In this document: in pieces, positions 1-12,505 of the stretch
Layout of the letters: each line of letters starts with the position of its first letter
Numbering within the stretch: the first letter of the stretch is position 1
Assembly: GCA_964016885.1 (NCBI GenBank)
Contig: OZ024741.1
Location: 115,072,001-115,136,000 of the forward strand
Source: Eledone cirrhosa
Lineage: Eukaryota
Direction of reading: 5' to 3'
Length of the DNA stretch: 64,000 nucleotides
Notes under the pieces: generated by a model
What the model was told of the DNA's origin: nothing
Databases searched by the model: none
The model's input: the letters and a program-made list of their open reading frames with translations, nothing else
Translations under genes and position numbers: made by a program

Positions 1-679
1 CGGGTGTGTTTTTTTTTAATGTTGTACATGATTAATTCGTTGACGAAGTTATAAAAAAACCACCTTTTTTCCCTTTGCAATTCCTAGTTGTAGAAATCCT
101 ATGACATTATCAATATTGATTATTATTTAAGAATAATGAAATAAATTTACTATGCTCTGGCAACTCTTTCACACATAGAGTGACTAATATATACATTTAA
201 GACGATTTGGCTGCTATTTCTAATAGGTTTAACCATAATGTAGAGATTAGTCTTCGTTGGTATATACATATATAGTGCAGTGTGTTTTGAGGGGGAATTC
301 GTTGATATTTCTGACAGATCTAGCTACTATGTAGAGGACGGTCTACCACATTGACATACATATATACAAGTAGTTCCCAAACAGAGCACCTGCATTTATT
401 TGAGGGAGATTTGGCTGCTACTTTTAACAGGCCTACTTACCATTAGCTCATACAAACACAAGACTGTAGGGTGTGATTTGAGGGAGAATTAGCTGCTATT
501 TCTATTATTTCCAGCTATCATGTTATGGCATCGCTCTTTTATCTTGTATATATATATAACCAAATCCTCTTTTATCTTGTGTGTGACAGCTCACACTCAT
601 GCATGTTTAGCTGGCCTCCCCCAAGGTATATCTCGCTGGTGCTGTCTTGGGTGATTTAATGATAGGGACTCCAGTCCTA

Positions 680-824
680 TCATCTCATTTCTACAGCTGA
701 GTAAACTGGAGAACTGTGAAATAAAGTGTCTTACTCGAGCAAACAACAGATCACCCGGTCCGAGAATTGAACTCACAACCTTTCGATTGCAAGCCCAATT
801 CTCTAACCACTAAGCCATGCGCAC
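680..824 (-). mobile_element. tRNA-derived SINE (degraded)
   Basis: Minus strand shows A box TGGCTTAGTGG and B box GAGTTCAATTC; body resembles the copy at 48422-48660. Confidence 0.7.
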
Positions 825-828
825 ACTA

Positions 829-1328
829 TCATAAAGAGCAAAAGACAACCTAAATCAATAAAAAACATCCTTACAGAGGTCAAAGTCCATCCGACCCCCA
901 CAGTGAACGCTACAGTAAAAAAAATGCGGAAGACCCAACTGTGGTATATGTATCAATCTAATAGAGGTTTCGGAATTCCACTTCAAACAAGGACAACACT
1001 TTAGAGTTAAGTGCAATTTCACATGTGCTTCAGAAAACCTGATCTATGTGTTACGTGCTCAGGTTGTCGAGAGCACTACATAGGAGAGACCAAAAACAGA
1101 CCCCGACAATGTATGACCGTCCATAGATCCCAAATCAAAATACGGGAATACAGAAAGATAGCACTAAGTGAACACATCGTGACCTGCGCATCTAATGAAC
1201 AACCCAATTTTAGAATTTTTTCCCATCTACAAATTCAAAGACAACGCTTTCTACATCAACGCATTAGCAAGGAATCACAATTTATCGCCAAATACGAACC
1301 ACTTCTAAATGCTTCCACTTCGGACTAA
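829..1328 (+). pseudogene. Penelope-like element 3' fragment (Cys linker + GIY-YIG endonuclease), frameshifted
   Basis: Translates as IKSKRQPKSIKNILT..CGRPNCGICINLIE..TCSGCREHYIGET..HRSQIK, colinear with the C-terminus of ORF 2754-4901. Confidence 0.9.
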
Positions 1329-2032
1329 ACCAAAGCTGGCACACTTTAAAATTAACACCCTAGACAAATTAACCCTTTAGCAATGTATCCTCCTCCAAGA
1401 TTCCTGCAACCTCTGACAACTATATAATGCAGACCAAGCAACCACATAATAACACCCACATCAAGCAAGTCCTGGAGTACTTCAACATTTTCTACTAAAA
1501 TATGTTTCCTTTCTACTATCTGCTTATATATATATATATATATTGGTAAACGGAATAGAAAATGCTGACAAATTGTTCACAGTTGAAAAATGGTTTAATT
1601 AGGAATAAAAGAGTATTAGTGATTGTATGGGTTAGTATTCAGTTGTGGTTTTAAGTTTTTAAGTTTTTACCGGTTGCGCATTTCTAAATGCTTTTCAAAA
1701 ATAATTTTGAGATAGAGTGTCCGTGCTGTTTGCTCTGATCTGATTAGTTTTGGGAATTCTACCTGTTTTTATGTTAAAAAGTGGTTCCAGCGTTATTTTT
1801 GTGTTGCAAAAATGCTTGTGGTCAAAACAATTTTGATTGGTCGGTAGAGGTCATGTGAATGTAAAAAGTTGATTTTGCGCCAAGGCGGTTTTTATGTTAA
1901 AAAAGTGGCTCCAGCAAAAATTCTTGGTCAAAACAATTTTGATTGGTCGGTAGAGGTCATGTGGATAAAAAATTGGTTTTGCGCCAAGATTGAGAAATGA
2001 CTCTTTCACAACAAATATGTGTGTGTGTGTGT

Positions 2033-2076
<44 letters not shown>

Positions 2077-2171
2077 GTGTGTGTGTGTGTGTGTAGTAGT
2101 AGTAGTAGTAGTAAGGTGTTCGATGCTGCGACAATAGCCAGCAGCGATGTGTGTCAAATGGCTATTAAGAT

Positions 2172-2226
<55 letters not shown>

Positions 2227-2398
2227 GCAGAGTAATTCGATGGTCAGTAAGAATGTGTCTGAAAGCAATGGGGGGTATTTTAGCATGTCAAAAGATATTT
2301 TTCAGCTTTTGTCTTATACGGAGAAGTGCGTGTGTGTGTGTGTGTGTGTGTGTATAAGTCTCTTTGTATGTTGATGTACGCGTGTGTATGTGTTTGTT

Positions 2399-2437
<39 letters not shown>

Positions 2438-2753
2438 ACCAGTATTTTTTTCCCCCTGGTAAAATGGTGTATATTATTCGATTTTTTCAGTAAAATCGGT
2501 TCTCTTAATAGAACATCAAACATCTTAACAATAAAAGGTGTGAAATGATATTCACTATATATATATACACATACATATATTCACTACACATATATATATA
2601 TATACATATATACATACATATATATGCTCATATTTTTTTTTTGTATTGCACCATAGAGCATGTGTGATTACGTGTGTCATTGTGTTTATATGTGGGTAGA
2701 GATGTGTGCTGATGTAGGTATGTATGTTGACGTGTGTATGTTGTGGGTTCGTC

Positions 2754-4901
2754 TTAGGGAGAAGTGTTTAGACGGGGTCCGTATTTGTTAATGAAGTAAG
2801 ATTCCTTGCTGATGCGCTGGGTGTGGGTGGCATTATCTTTAAATTTGTAGAGGGGAAAGATTCTGAAGTTGGGATGATTTTGGGCGGCACAGGTATCAAC
2901 GTGTTCACTCAGTGGTATTTTCCTGTATTCCCCTATTTTAATTTGGGATCTATGGACAGTCATGCGTTGGCGGAGGCTGTTTTGGGTCTGGCCTATGTAT
3001 TGTTCTCGACAACCTGAACAAGTTAATACATATATTAGATTTTCCGATGCACATGTGAAATTGTGTTTTACTATAAAACGTTGTCCATCTTTGAAATAGA
3101 ATTCCGAACCCTCTATTAGGTTGATGCAAATGCCACAGTTGGGTCTATCGCATTTTTTTACTGTGGGTTTCGTTGTTGTGGTTGGCAGTACTTTGGCATG
3201 TGTTAAGATGTTTTTCATTGACTTGGATTGTCTTTTGCTCTTTATGATATCGTGTGTTCGTAGAATTTGGTTCATTCTATGGTCCTTTTTCAATACAGGG
3301 ATGTTCTGGAAGATGGTGTCAAAGGCCTCATTGTTGAGGGGGTTGTGTGTGGAGATGTATGGAAGAGCTTTTAGTTTTGGTTGATTTACTTTAGGGTGTC
3401 TAAGGTCCTGGGTACTGAGTTTTAGGGCACGTTGGATTCCATTGTCAATTAGTGATGCAGGGTAGTCCCTGCCTATGAGTGTATCCTTTAGTTCTTGTAG
3501 CCGTAAGTAGCAGATGTTTTTATTGGAGACTATAGTACAGATTCTCTTGGCTAAGTTGTAGGGAATATTAATTTTAACGTGTCTAGGGTGGCAAGAGTTG
3601 AAGGGGAGATATTGCTTGGAGTCTGTGGGCTTGTAGTATATGTCTGTTTCTATTTTTTTGTTATGGATCTTAATGAGGATGTCGAGGAAGGGGAGTTGTT
3701 GATGGCTGTATTCCACCGTGAAGTTAATATTTGTGTTGAGCCCATTTATAAGGGTGTGAAATTCTTTAAGTTTTTCGATGTTTTCGTGCCAAAGGATGAA
3801 GCAGTCATCTAGATATCGCTTCCAGTTCCTTTCAATGTGTAAGTGGAGGGTGTTTCCAAATTTGTTTAGGACTTTAGTGTAGAGGGTGATTTCCAGGTAT
3901 CCCATGACTAGGTTGGCATAAGTAGGGGCTGTTTTCGTTACCATAGCGGTCCCAGATTTCTGCCTGTAGGGTTTGTTATTGAAAACGAAGTAATTGTTCT
4001 CCAAGATAAATTTGAGTCCCTCTATCACGAATTCTTTTTTGATGCGTTGTGGGAGTTCATTGTGGAAATTATCCAGCCAGAATTGGATAGCTTCTATTCC
4101 TAGGTTGTGGGGGATGTTGGAGTATAGGTTGACTACATCGAACGTCACTAGTAGGGTTTGTTCAGAAAGTGGCATATTAGGGAGGTGATTGAGCATATCT
4201 AGGTCGTCCCTTATATAGCTTTTGATGTGCTTGAGGAAGGGTTTGAGAAGGGTATCAATGAAGTTGCTAAGACGGTGCGTTTCGCAAGCGGGGCCTGCTA
4301 TTATAGGTCTTAATTTGAGATCATTGGGTGAGGGGACATTGATGACTATGTCTGTGGCTTCCTTGCATGCCTTACTGATTGATTCGCTTTTATGTACTTT
4401 AGGGATACCGTAGAAAAGGCTGGATTTACTTGTGAAGTGTGTGATGAAGCTGAATTCCTTGTTAGTGAGTCCTTCTTTGTATTGGTTGATTAGAGTTTTT
4501 AGGTTTCTCATAATTTTCTGTTGATTGTAGTGTTCAGCCTTTTTGTAGTATGTTTCGTTTTCCAAAGTGGAGAGCGCTAAGTTGATATAGAATTCTGTCT
4601 CCATTAGGACTACTGTACTCCCTTTATCAGCCTCTTTAATTGTAATGGTTCTGTCGGTTTTTAATCTATTTAATTCTTCCCATTCTTTCTTGTTGAGGTT
4701 TGGCTTGTGTTTTTGTCTGTGCAAGTGTTGGTAAGGGAAGTTTGTGATGTGTTCACAGAATTCGTCCAGGATTTTATTTCTACCTTTTGAAGGGGTGTAA
4801 TTGCTTCTATTTCTGGCAAATGATTCATCCTCATTGTACTGGTCGAATAGTTGTTCACTAAGTCGTAACTTTCTACAGAAGTCTGTGATGTCTTCCTTCA
4901 T
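2754..4901 (-). CDS. PLE reverse transcriptase + GIY-YIG endonuclease (frame open upstream to at least 5078)
   Basis: 715-aa ORF with ADKG, LRPII, FDVVNLYSNI, QKSGTAM, RYLDD, PFLDI, CxxxxCxxC linker and LIY..YIGQT; KGLKFTPTP lies in frame upstream of the first ATG; usual GTAMG reads GTAMV. Confidence 0.95.
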   Translation of the reverse strand: MKEDITDFCRKLRLSEQLFDQYNEDESFARNRSNYTPSKGRNKILDEFCEHITNFPYQHLHRQKHKPNLNKKEWEELNRLKTDRTITIKEADKGSTVVLMETEFYINLALSTLENETYYKKAEHYNQQKIMRNLKTLINQYKEGLTNKEFSFITHFTSKSSLFYGIPKVHKSESISKACKEATDIVINVPSPNDLKLRPIIAGPACETHRLSNFIDTLLKPFLKHIKSYIRDDLDMLNHLPNMPLSEQTLLVTFDVVNLYSNIPHNLGIEAIQFWLDNFHNELPQRIKKEFVIEGLKFILENNYFVFNNKPYRQKSGTAMVTKTAPTYANLVMGYLEITLYTKVLNKFGNTLHLHIERNWKRYLDDCFILWHENIEKLKEFHTLINGLNTNINFTVEYSHQQLPFLDILIKIHNKKIETDIYYKPTDSKQYLPFNSCHPRHVKINIPYNLAKRICTIVSNKNICYLRLQELKDTLIGRDYPASLIDNGIQRALKLSTQDLRHPKVNQPKLKALPYISTHNPLNNEAFDTIFQNIPVLKKDHRMNQILRTHDIIKSKRQSKSMKNILTHAKVLPTTTTKPTVKKCDRPNCGICINLIEGSEFYFKDGQRFIVKHNFTCASENLIYVLTCSGCREQYIGQTQNSLRQRMTVHRSQIKIGEYRKIPLSEHVDTCAAQNHPNFRIFPLYKFKDNATHTQRISKESYFINKYGPRLNTSP

Positions 4902-5038
4902 TTCATAGTAGTTAGGACGTAGTGGGGTCGGTGTGAATTTAAGACCTTTGGAGAGTAAGTTGATAAGGTTGGGTGTTGGTTCTGCACTAGTAAGATTGAT
5001 AATTTTTATTACTATCGGTTTCTCCTCCCTGTCTTGTG

Positions 5039-6310
5039 TTATTTTGTTTGCCTGTATCTGTGTGCTGTGTCTAAAAAATGGTTGGGGTAGAGGGGTTGTC
5101 TGCTGATGTTAAGTGGTCTGCTGTGTTTGTTATATTCCTTGTTGTTGTAAAATGTGGTTCGGGTTGGTGGTTGTAGATTGAATGGGGTGTTCCTGTACTG
5201 AGAGTATGGGTGTGTGTTTCTATGTGCCATGTTGCATTGTGGTGTTATAAGTGGCCTACGTTGTTGGTTGTATCGTGTGGTGTGGGTTTGTTGTGTATTG
5301 TGGAAGTGAGAGTTGAGAAAATGGTAATTACCTTGCTGTCCCCTTGAAGCGGGGAAGTTGTTGCATCTATCATGGCGGTGGTATCTTTTCCCTATGTTTG
5401 ACGATGAGGAATCCGCGTAGTAGTTGAGTGATTTGCTATGGTGTCTCCTTGAAGGGGGAAAGTTGTAAATGTCATTCTGGGGGAGATGATTCCTTGGGTT
5501 TTTGTTCCTTCTTATGGTAGCGAGGTTGGGAAGTTCATCTTCGGTGTGGTGCTTCCTTCTTCGTTGTTTGAGGCTTGGAGGTTTGAGAAGTTGTTGTGCG
5601 GTTCAGTTATGGGTTTTCCTATTTTTATGAACGGGTTATTGGAGGTGTAATCCGTTTGAAAAGTCGATTCATAGTGTAGGAACCAAGCGGCACTTTTTTC
5701 CCAGCGTTGAAGGGATTTCAGTTCTTCTCTGTTGCAGTCCCCTTTCCATAATTTGGAGATCTTCTCTACCTTGGGGCCTTCAGTTTTGTTGTTGATTTCC
5801 AGGAGGATCTCTTCATCGATGGTTTTGATTTTTTCCTCATTTGTCTGGGCCCTCAGTTTAAGAAGTTCAATTTCTGTCTTCATTTTTTCCAATGCCATTC
5901 TTTCCCTAAGGTGTCTTTGAGGTTCGGGTTCATTTGGAATGGACTTTATTTGTAGTTTACGGGGGAGAGTTAGAGGGGTTGAGTTAAGCCATTTTTCATA
6001 TATCTCTGCTTTGTTGTGATTTTGTATCATCTTCCAGAATGAGAACTTTCTGTCTCTGAGGGATTTGTTCCATTTTGGAATTGTTCGAACTTTCATTTTG
6101 TGTGAATCAATCTCTTCTTCGTTGGTTTTTCCTGGGTTGGTAGTAGTGAACATAGTTTGGATAGTATCGCAAAGGTTTTGGAGTTTGTCGCCGATTTCGG
6201 AGGGTTTGTATCCGGTGGCGGTTTCCTTATTTGTGGAGTCAAGTTTGTCGACTAGCAAAGATAGGTTGGTGTTGATTTTCTTGAGTTCCTGTAGGATCTC
6301 TTCATTTTTT
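5039..6310 (-). pseudogene. Upstream ORF (ORF1-like) of the PLE; charged helical N-part, N/Q/H/R-rich C-part; two apparent frameshifts; 5'-truncated by the inversion
   Basis: ORFs 5512-6258 and 5039-5230 are bridged by open frames across 5230-5570; lies inside the PLE on the RT strand. Confidence 0.65.
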
Positions 6311-6734
6311 TGTATTGCACTCTATGGTGCAATACAAAAAAATATATGAGCATATATATGTATGTATATATGTATATATATATATATATGTAGTGAATAT
6401 ATGTATGTGTATATATATATAGTGAATATCATTTCACACCTTTTATTGTTAAGATTTTTGATGTTCTATTAAGAGAACCGATTTTACTGAAAAAATCGAA
6501 TAATGTACACCATTTTACCAGGGGGAAAAAAATACTGGTCCACACACACACACACACATATATATACACAAACACATACACACGCGTACATCAACATACA
6601 AAGAGACTTATACACACACACACACACACACGCACTTCTCCGTATAAGACAAAAGCTAAAAAATATCTTTTGACATGCTAAAATACCCCCCATTGCTTTC
6701 AGACACATTCTTACTGACCATCGAATTACTCTGC

Positions 6735-6769
<35 letters not shown>

Positions 6770-6840
6770 ATCTTAATAGCCATTTGAGACACATCGCTGC
6801 TGGCTATTGTCGCAGCATCGAACACCTTACTACTACTACT

Positions 6841-6942
<102 letters not shown>

Positions 6943-7176
6943 ACATACACACACACACACACACATATTTGTTGTGAAAGAGTCATTTCTCAATCTTGGC
7001 GCAAAACCAATTTTTTATCCACATGACCTCTACCGACCAATCAAAATTGTTTTGACCACAAGCATTTTTGCAACACAAAAATAACGCTGGAGCCACTTTT
7101 TTAACATAAAAACAGGTAGAATTCCCAAAACTAATCAGATCAGAGCAAACAGCACGGACACTCTATCTCAAAATTA

Positions 7177-7213
7177 TTTTTGAAAAGCATTTAGAAATGC
7201 GCAACCGGTAAAA
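7177..7213 (+). ncRNA. HHR-like motif with variant core in the PLE terminal repeat (mirror copy 1666-1701, minus strand)
   Basis: TTT-TTGAAAA-GCATT taga AATGC-GCAA-CCGG-TA-AAA; weak stem I and A13C change. Confidence 0.45.
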
Positions 7214-7401
7214 ACTTAAAAACTTAAAACCACAACTGAATACTAACCCATACAATCACTAATACTCTTTTATTCCTAATTAAACCATTTTTCAACTGTG
7301 AACAATTTGTCAGCATTTTCTATTCCGTTTACCAATATATAATAACTTTTGTGTTACACCTCTATTCTTTTAACTATATATATATATATATATACATAAA
7401 A

Positions 7402-7700
7402 AAAGATGAAATCGAAAATGTAACTGGAGTCTTATTTAAAAAAATTTATATATATTTATTTGGTTCCTTTACCGGTTTCGCAGTTCTTCTGCTTTTCAAA
7501 TGTAGAGTTGAGATGGTGGGTCACAGATGTGAGAAAAACCACAGATTTGAGAAAAACCACAGATGTGAGAAAAACCACAAACCCTCCATCTCAACTCTAC
7601 TTTTGAAAAGCAGAAGAACTGCGAAACCGGTAAAGGAATCAAATAAATATATATATATTTTTTAAAATAAGACTCCAGTCGCATTTTCGATTTCATCTTT
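7402..7700. mobile_element. Foldback mini-element with a U3-A8 HHR in each arm
   Basis: Arms 7402-7520 and 7581-7700 inverted; three ~18-bp CACAGATGTGAGAAAAAC repeats in the spacer; CTT-TTGAAAA-GCAG aagaa CTGC-GAAA-CCGG-TA-AAG at 7600-7635. Confidence 0.7.
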
Positions 7701-7766
7701 ATTTTCTTTATACTTTCACTCGTGTAGGACACCTCGGTTATTTTTTATTTTGTAAAAAAACCTCAC

Positions 7767-7837
<71 letters not shown>

Positions 7838-8509
7838 CATACATGTATGTATGCATATATATTCAATTCATTAAAGTTAGTTGATTGAAAATCTGCCAAC
7901 ATTTTCTTAACAGATGTAAAGCACTCCACAGTTTTTGTTCATCCAGGGTTTTATTAAAACAATAAACAAGAACGGCGGTTTCATTTCTACATCCCTATTT
8001 ATTTTGTTATACGTATTTCTAATTCCTAGTAGAAATATCTAAGATTAGAATTAGTATCTAAGTGAATAAAATCTAGTATAAAGAAAATAAAAAAATAGAC
8101 TAACAGTTCATACATACCTCACTAGGAATCAAGCGACCAATCTGGTAACTTAATACCCTAGCCAGTTCACAAGCAGCGACGCCAATTGGAATATCTATCT
8201 CCCACACATACAAGAACTGTTACTTGGGAATTTCAGACATATGCTTACTGGTCTGGGAAGGGAGTCACACGTATGTCCGATAACATATCAATGGATATTT
8301 ACATATCGTTTGGATTCTTGTCTGAAGACAATACCAGGGCAGTTGTTTTACGTCTTGAAATACGTATAACAAAAGACATAGGGATGTACAAATGAAACCA
8401 TCTTTCTTGTTTATTATTATAATAATAATAATAATAATAATATATATATACATATATATATATATATACACATAGATATAGAGTGATACATACATAATAC
8501 ATATGGTAT

Positions 8510-9160
8510 AAATATAAGCATGTATACGTACATACATATATGTATACAGACGTACAGTAGTATGTATATATATACATACATTCACACATATATATATATA
8601 TGTACGTGTAGATTTACCGAACATTTATTATAATGCTCGGTTTGTTTGTAAACAAACATCCCGAATTAAGCCGTACAGTGTTTAGCAACCATCATTGCCC
8701 TTTTGTTCAACACTGACAAAGGAACGATGTTCTAGTTTCAAGCTTATTAGCTATCGTCAGCACCGTATACCTTCCTGTCAGATGATTGAACGTCTGAAAG
8801 TATATACTTTCCTTATGCATATCAACGGATGAGCAGCCTAATTTGCATATAGAGTGAGTTAATCGGCCGGGCGCACCGAAAACGATAAATGGAAAAAATG
8901 TAACGAAATTTCATTTCTCACTCTTAGAACGGCTGTTACTTAAATATAAGTATGTACGGCTTAATTCGGGATGTTTGTTTATAAACAAACCGAGCATTAT
9001 AATAAATGTTGGGTAAATCCATACGTACATATATATATGTGTGCATGTATGTATATATATACATACTACTGTACGTCTGTATACATATATGTATGTACGT
9101 ATACATACTTATATTTAAGTAACAGCCGTACTAGAGAAATGAAATTTCGTTTCATTTTTT
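8510..9160 (-). mobile_element. 434-bp-family HHR element: one monomer plus an inverted arm
   Basis: Homologous to 11590-12500; HHR at 8724-8766 (-) with mutated U16.1; 8953-9160 is inverted. Confidence 0.8.
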
Positions 9161-9598
9161 CCACATATGGTATAGTTTGAGGGATTATTCGTCGCTATTT
9201 CTACTATGTCTAGCTACCATGTAGAGGCTCTACCACTTTGGCCTATACAATATATGCTACCAATTAGGTAAATAACAGAACTCTTTGCTGCGCTTGTGTA
9301 TCGGTTGGTGCGCTGCGAGATAACAGTTACATCGCGTAGAATAAAGATTCGATTTTAAAACATGAAAAAATGCAAACTTTTTATTGCAATAAAGTTTGTA
9401 TATAACTCTCCTCCGTTTGGCCTTCAATCGGTGACACAAGGAAGAATTTTTCATATGTATTTTTTGAAAGAAAAATGCGTCTAATAAGGTAAACTAAAAA
9501 TGAAAACATTGGTTTCTGATTTAGGCACAAGGCTAACAATTTTATAGTGGGGTAAGTCGATCAAATCGACTCCAGAATATTAATGGTACTTTACCATA

Positions 9599-9847
9599 CA
9601 GGGGCGGTGGAACTGGGAGAGTGTTTCATTGGTCCGCCCATTAATTATATTTTTCTTCCCAAACTACCAAAACACACATATATTTATATATGCATTACAA
9701 TTTATGTACATGTTATGTTTATCGCATATCGAATTTTTTTTATATCTTGGTTGATATTTGATAATAACTAAACTAATCACTCCATCTGAATTAACCCGAT
9801 TTGTCAGCCCCCCCCCCTCCAATTCAGAAATGCTTCCACCGCCCCTG
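9599..9847. mobile_element. MITE with 14-bp TIR (hAT-like CAGGGG termini)
   Basis: CAGGGGCGGTGGAA ... TTCCACCGCCCCTG; no clean TSD. Confidence 0.6.
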
Positions 9848-10547
9848 CCATGAATACCGAATTGAAGATGTTGGCTTATAACTGAATGCTCAAGCTGGCG
9901 CATTAATGCACCAGCTCCTGAAATTCTTGCACTTAATTCAGCTTCTGCCTGCCACCACTCGTGGGCATGGCCCCGAGCTACTTGAACTTCTCCGCTTGCT
10001 TCAGAGAAATTCCATTGATATGAAGAGTGCATTGATCTAGCTTCCTTGGAAGGATGGTTGTCTTCGCAGCACTGATTTTCATTCCTCTCATATTCAGCAC
10101 TCAGCATCAAGCCTATCAACTGCCTTATGCAATATAATTTCGTTATTAATCAGAGCTGTTCTTAGATAACTGATCAGGTGTACTTAATATTTATTACCTT
10201 CTGAAAAGCCTTATACGTAAATACAGTATTTTTTTTTAATGGGGTAGTTAGGATGTTTTCACGCATATATATCTTTTACGAAGGTATGGATATAAGTGAA
10301 GCTGTTATAATGTGGCCATACTGGAGCACTGCCTTGAAGGGATTTAGTCAATCATATCGATCCATAGAACATTTGTTGTAAGTATAGTATTTATTTTATT
10401 GATTTCGTTCTGTCGAACCGCTATGCTAGGGGACATAAACAGTAAACGTAAATACAGTACCACCCCCACACACACACATATATACAACACATACAATCAC
10501 ACATACACATATTTATATATATTTATATGTATATAGGAATATTTTTT

Positions 10548-10609
<62 letters not shown>

Positions 10610-10727
10610 CATATATATCAACAGTGATAAGAAAATAAGACGTATCCATTATTTCTTTTTCTACCTCTCTAAAGAGTACATATGTGTCTATGTATACAAG
10701 TATGCGCGTATGTATACAAGTATGTGA

Positions 10728-10780
<53 letters not shown>

Positions 10781-11411
10781 AGGATATGCCTATCAATATT
10801 AAGAATCCTGAAAATAAGAGATGTTAGAATTATAACTTTGTGTGTAGATATATATGTTTATGTATGGATTATAATTTTAAAAACCTAAAGTTATAATTCT
10901 AACATCTCTTACTATCAGGATTCTTAATATTGATAAGCATTCACATTCCCAGATGAACCCAATCTGGTTACATACATTCTTAACTAGCAACTACAATACT
11001 ATCGCAAAATGAATGGTACACTACTGCCACCTAAGTCAATTAGGTCGCCTAGATCAGAACACCCCTATTTTCTAGGTTTATGTAGTTATTATAGTTGGTT
11101 CGTAAAAACAACCCTGACAAACTGACCTGTATCAAGGACAACTGACCTAAGTAATTCAATAGACTTGGTACTGGAGTGTTAAGATCTGATCAATGAGAGG
11201 AAGGTATAATCTTCTGATGCTTGAATTCCCCCATTCTAAATCGTATGCCACCAGTTCTTTGAGAAAACAACACCACACTTCGAACAGAGCATATCAAAAG
11301 ACCGAAATAACGGAGGTAAACTTTGTACCACCATTATGTTTTTATGTTCTAGCTGGCTGATGAGGTCATAGCTGTTGAATAATGGTTATCGCCGTAATAT
11401 ATAGTGCAACG

Positions 11412-11495
11412 AATAATCAATTAAACGGAGCTAAGTTTTAAATGTAAGTTTGAAGAAACTTACATTTAAAACTTAGCTCCGTTTAATTGATTATT
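11412..11495. repeat. Perfect 40-bp inverted repeat with GAAG loop
   Basis: 11412-11451 is the exact reverse complement of 11456-11495. Confidence 0.95.
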
Positions 11496-11589
11496 TATTT
11501 AGTTAATTTCTCCGGACTAAGAAGAAAAATTAGGTAAATTTTATCAGCCTGTTCTTCAAACTTATAATTTTATATAACTCCGATTAATG

Positions 11590-12505
11590 AGTATGTATAC
11601 GTACATACATATATTTATACAGACGTACAGTAGTATGTATATATATATATATATACATACATGCACACATATATATATGTACGTATGGATTCACCAAACA
11701 TTTATTATAATGCTCGGTGTGTTTGTAAACAAACATCCCGTATTAAGCCGCAGTGTCTAGCAACCACCGTTGCTCGTTTGTTCAACACTGAAAAAGGAAC
11801 GCTGTACTAGTTTCAAGCTTGTTAGCTATCGTCAGAAATGTATACCTTCCTGCCAGATTGTTGAACGTCCGAAAGTATATACTTTCTTTATGCATATTAA
11901 CGGCTGAGTAGCCCAATTTGGATATCGAGTGGGTTAATCTGCCGGGTGCACCGAAAACGATAAACGTAAAAAATGAAACGAAATTTCATTTTCCACTCTT
12001 AGTACGGCTGTTACTTAAATATAAGTATGTATACGTACATACATATATGTATACAAACGTACAGTAGTATGTATATATATATATATATACATACATGCAC
12101 ACATATATATATGTACGTATGAATTAACCAAACATTTATTATAATGCTCGGTGTGTTTGTAAACAAACATCCCGTATTAAGCCGTAGTGTCTAGCAACCA
12201 TCGTTGCTCATTTGTTCAACACTGACAAAGGAACGCTGTACTAGTTTCAAGCTTGTTAGCTATCGTCAGCAACGTATACCTTCCTGCCAGATTGTTGAAC
12301 ATCCGAAAGTATATATTTATACCATATGTATTAATGTATGTATCACTCTATATCTATGTGTTACTTAAATATAAGTATGTATACGTACATACATATATGT
12401 ATACAGACGTACAGTAGTATGTATATATATATATATACATACATGCACACATATATATATGTACGTATGGAATCATCAAACATTTATTATAATGCTCGGT
12501 GTGTT
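11590..12505 (-). mobile_element. Tandem ~434-bp HHR repeat (retrozyme-like), about two units
   Basis: HHRs at 11799-11841 and 12233-12275, 434 bp apart; flanking sequence is also repeated. Confidence 0.85.
12233..12275 (-). ncRNA. Minimal type I hammerhead ribozyme
   Basis: ACGTTG-CTGACGA-TAGCT aaca AGCTT-GAAA-CTAG-TA-CAGCGT; palindromic stem III ACTAGT; GUA site. Confidence 0.88.

Noticed and set aside
761-824. tRNA gene
   Set aside because: A and B boxes are present but it continues into a SINE body and lacks a good cloverleaf
8113-8300. Possible minus-strand exon ending at AG/GTATG
   Set aside because: Short open frame, weak acceptor and no recognisable protein; a non-coding exon cannot be excluded
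9664-10119. 151-aa ORF as a host exon
   Set aside because: Runs into a MITE, has no recognisable domain and no supported splice partners
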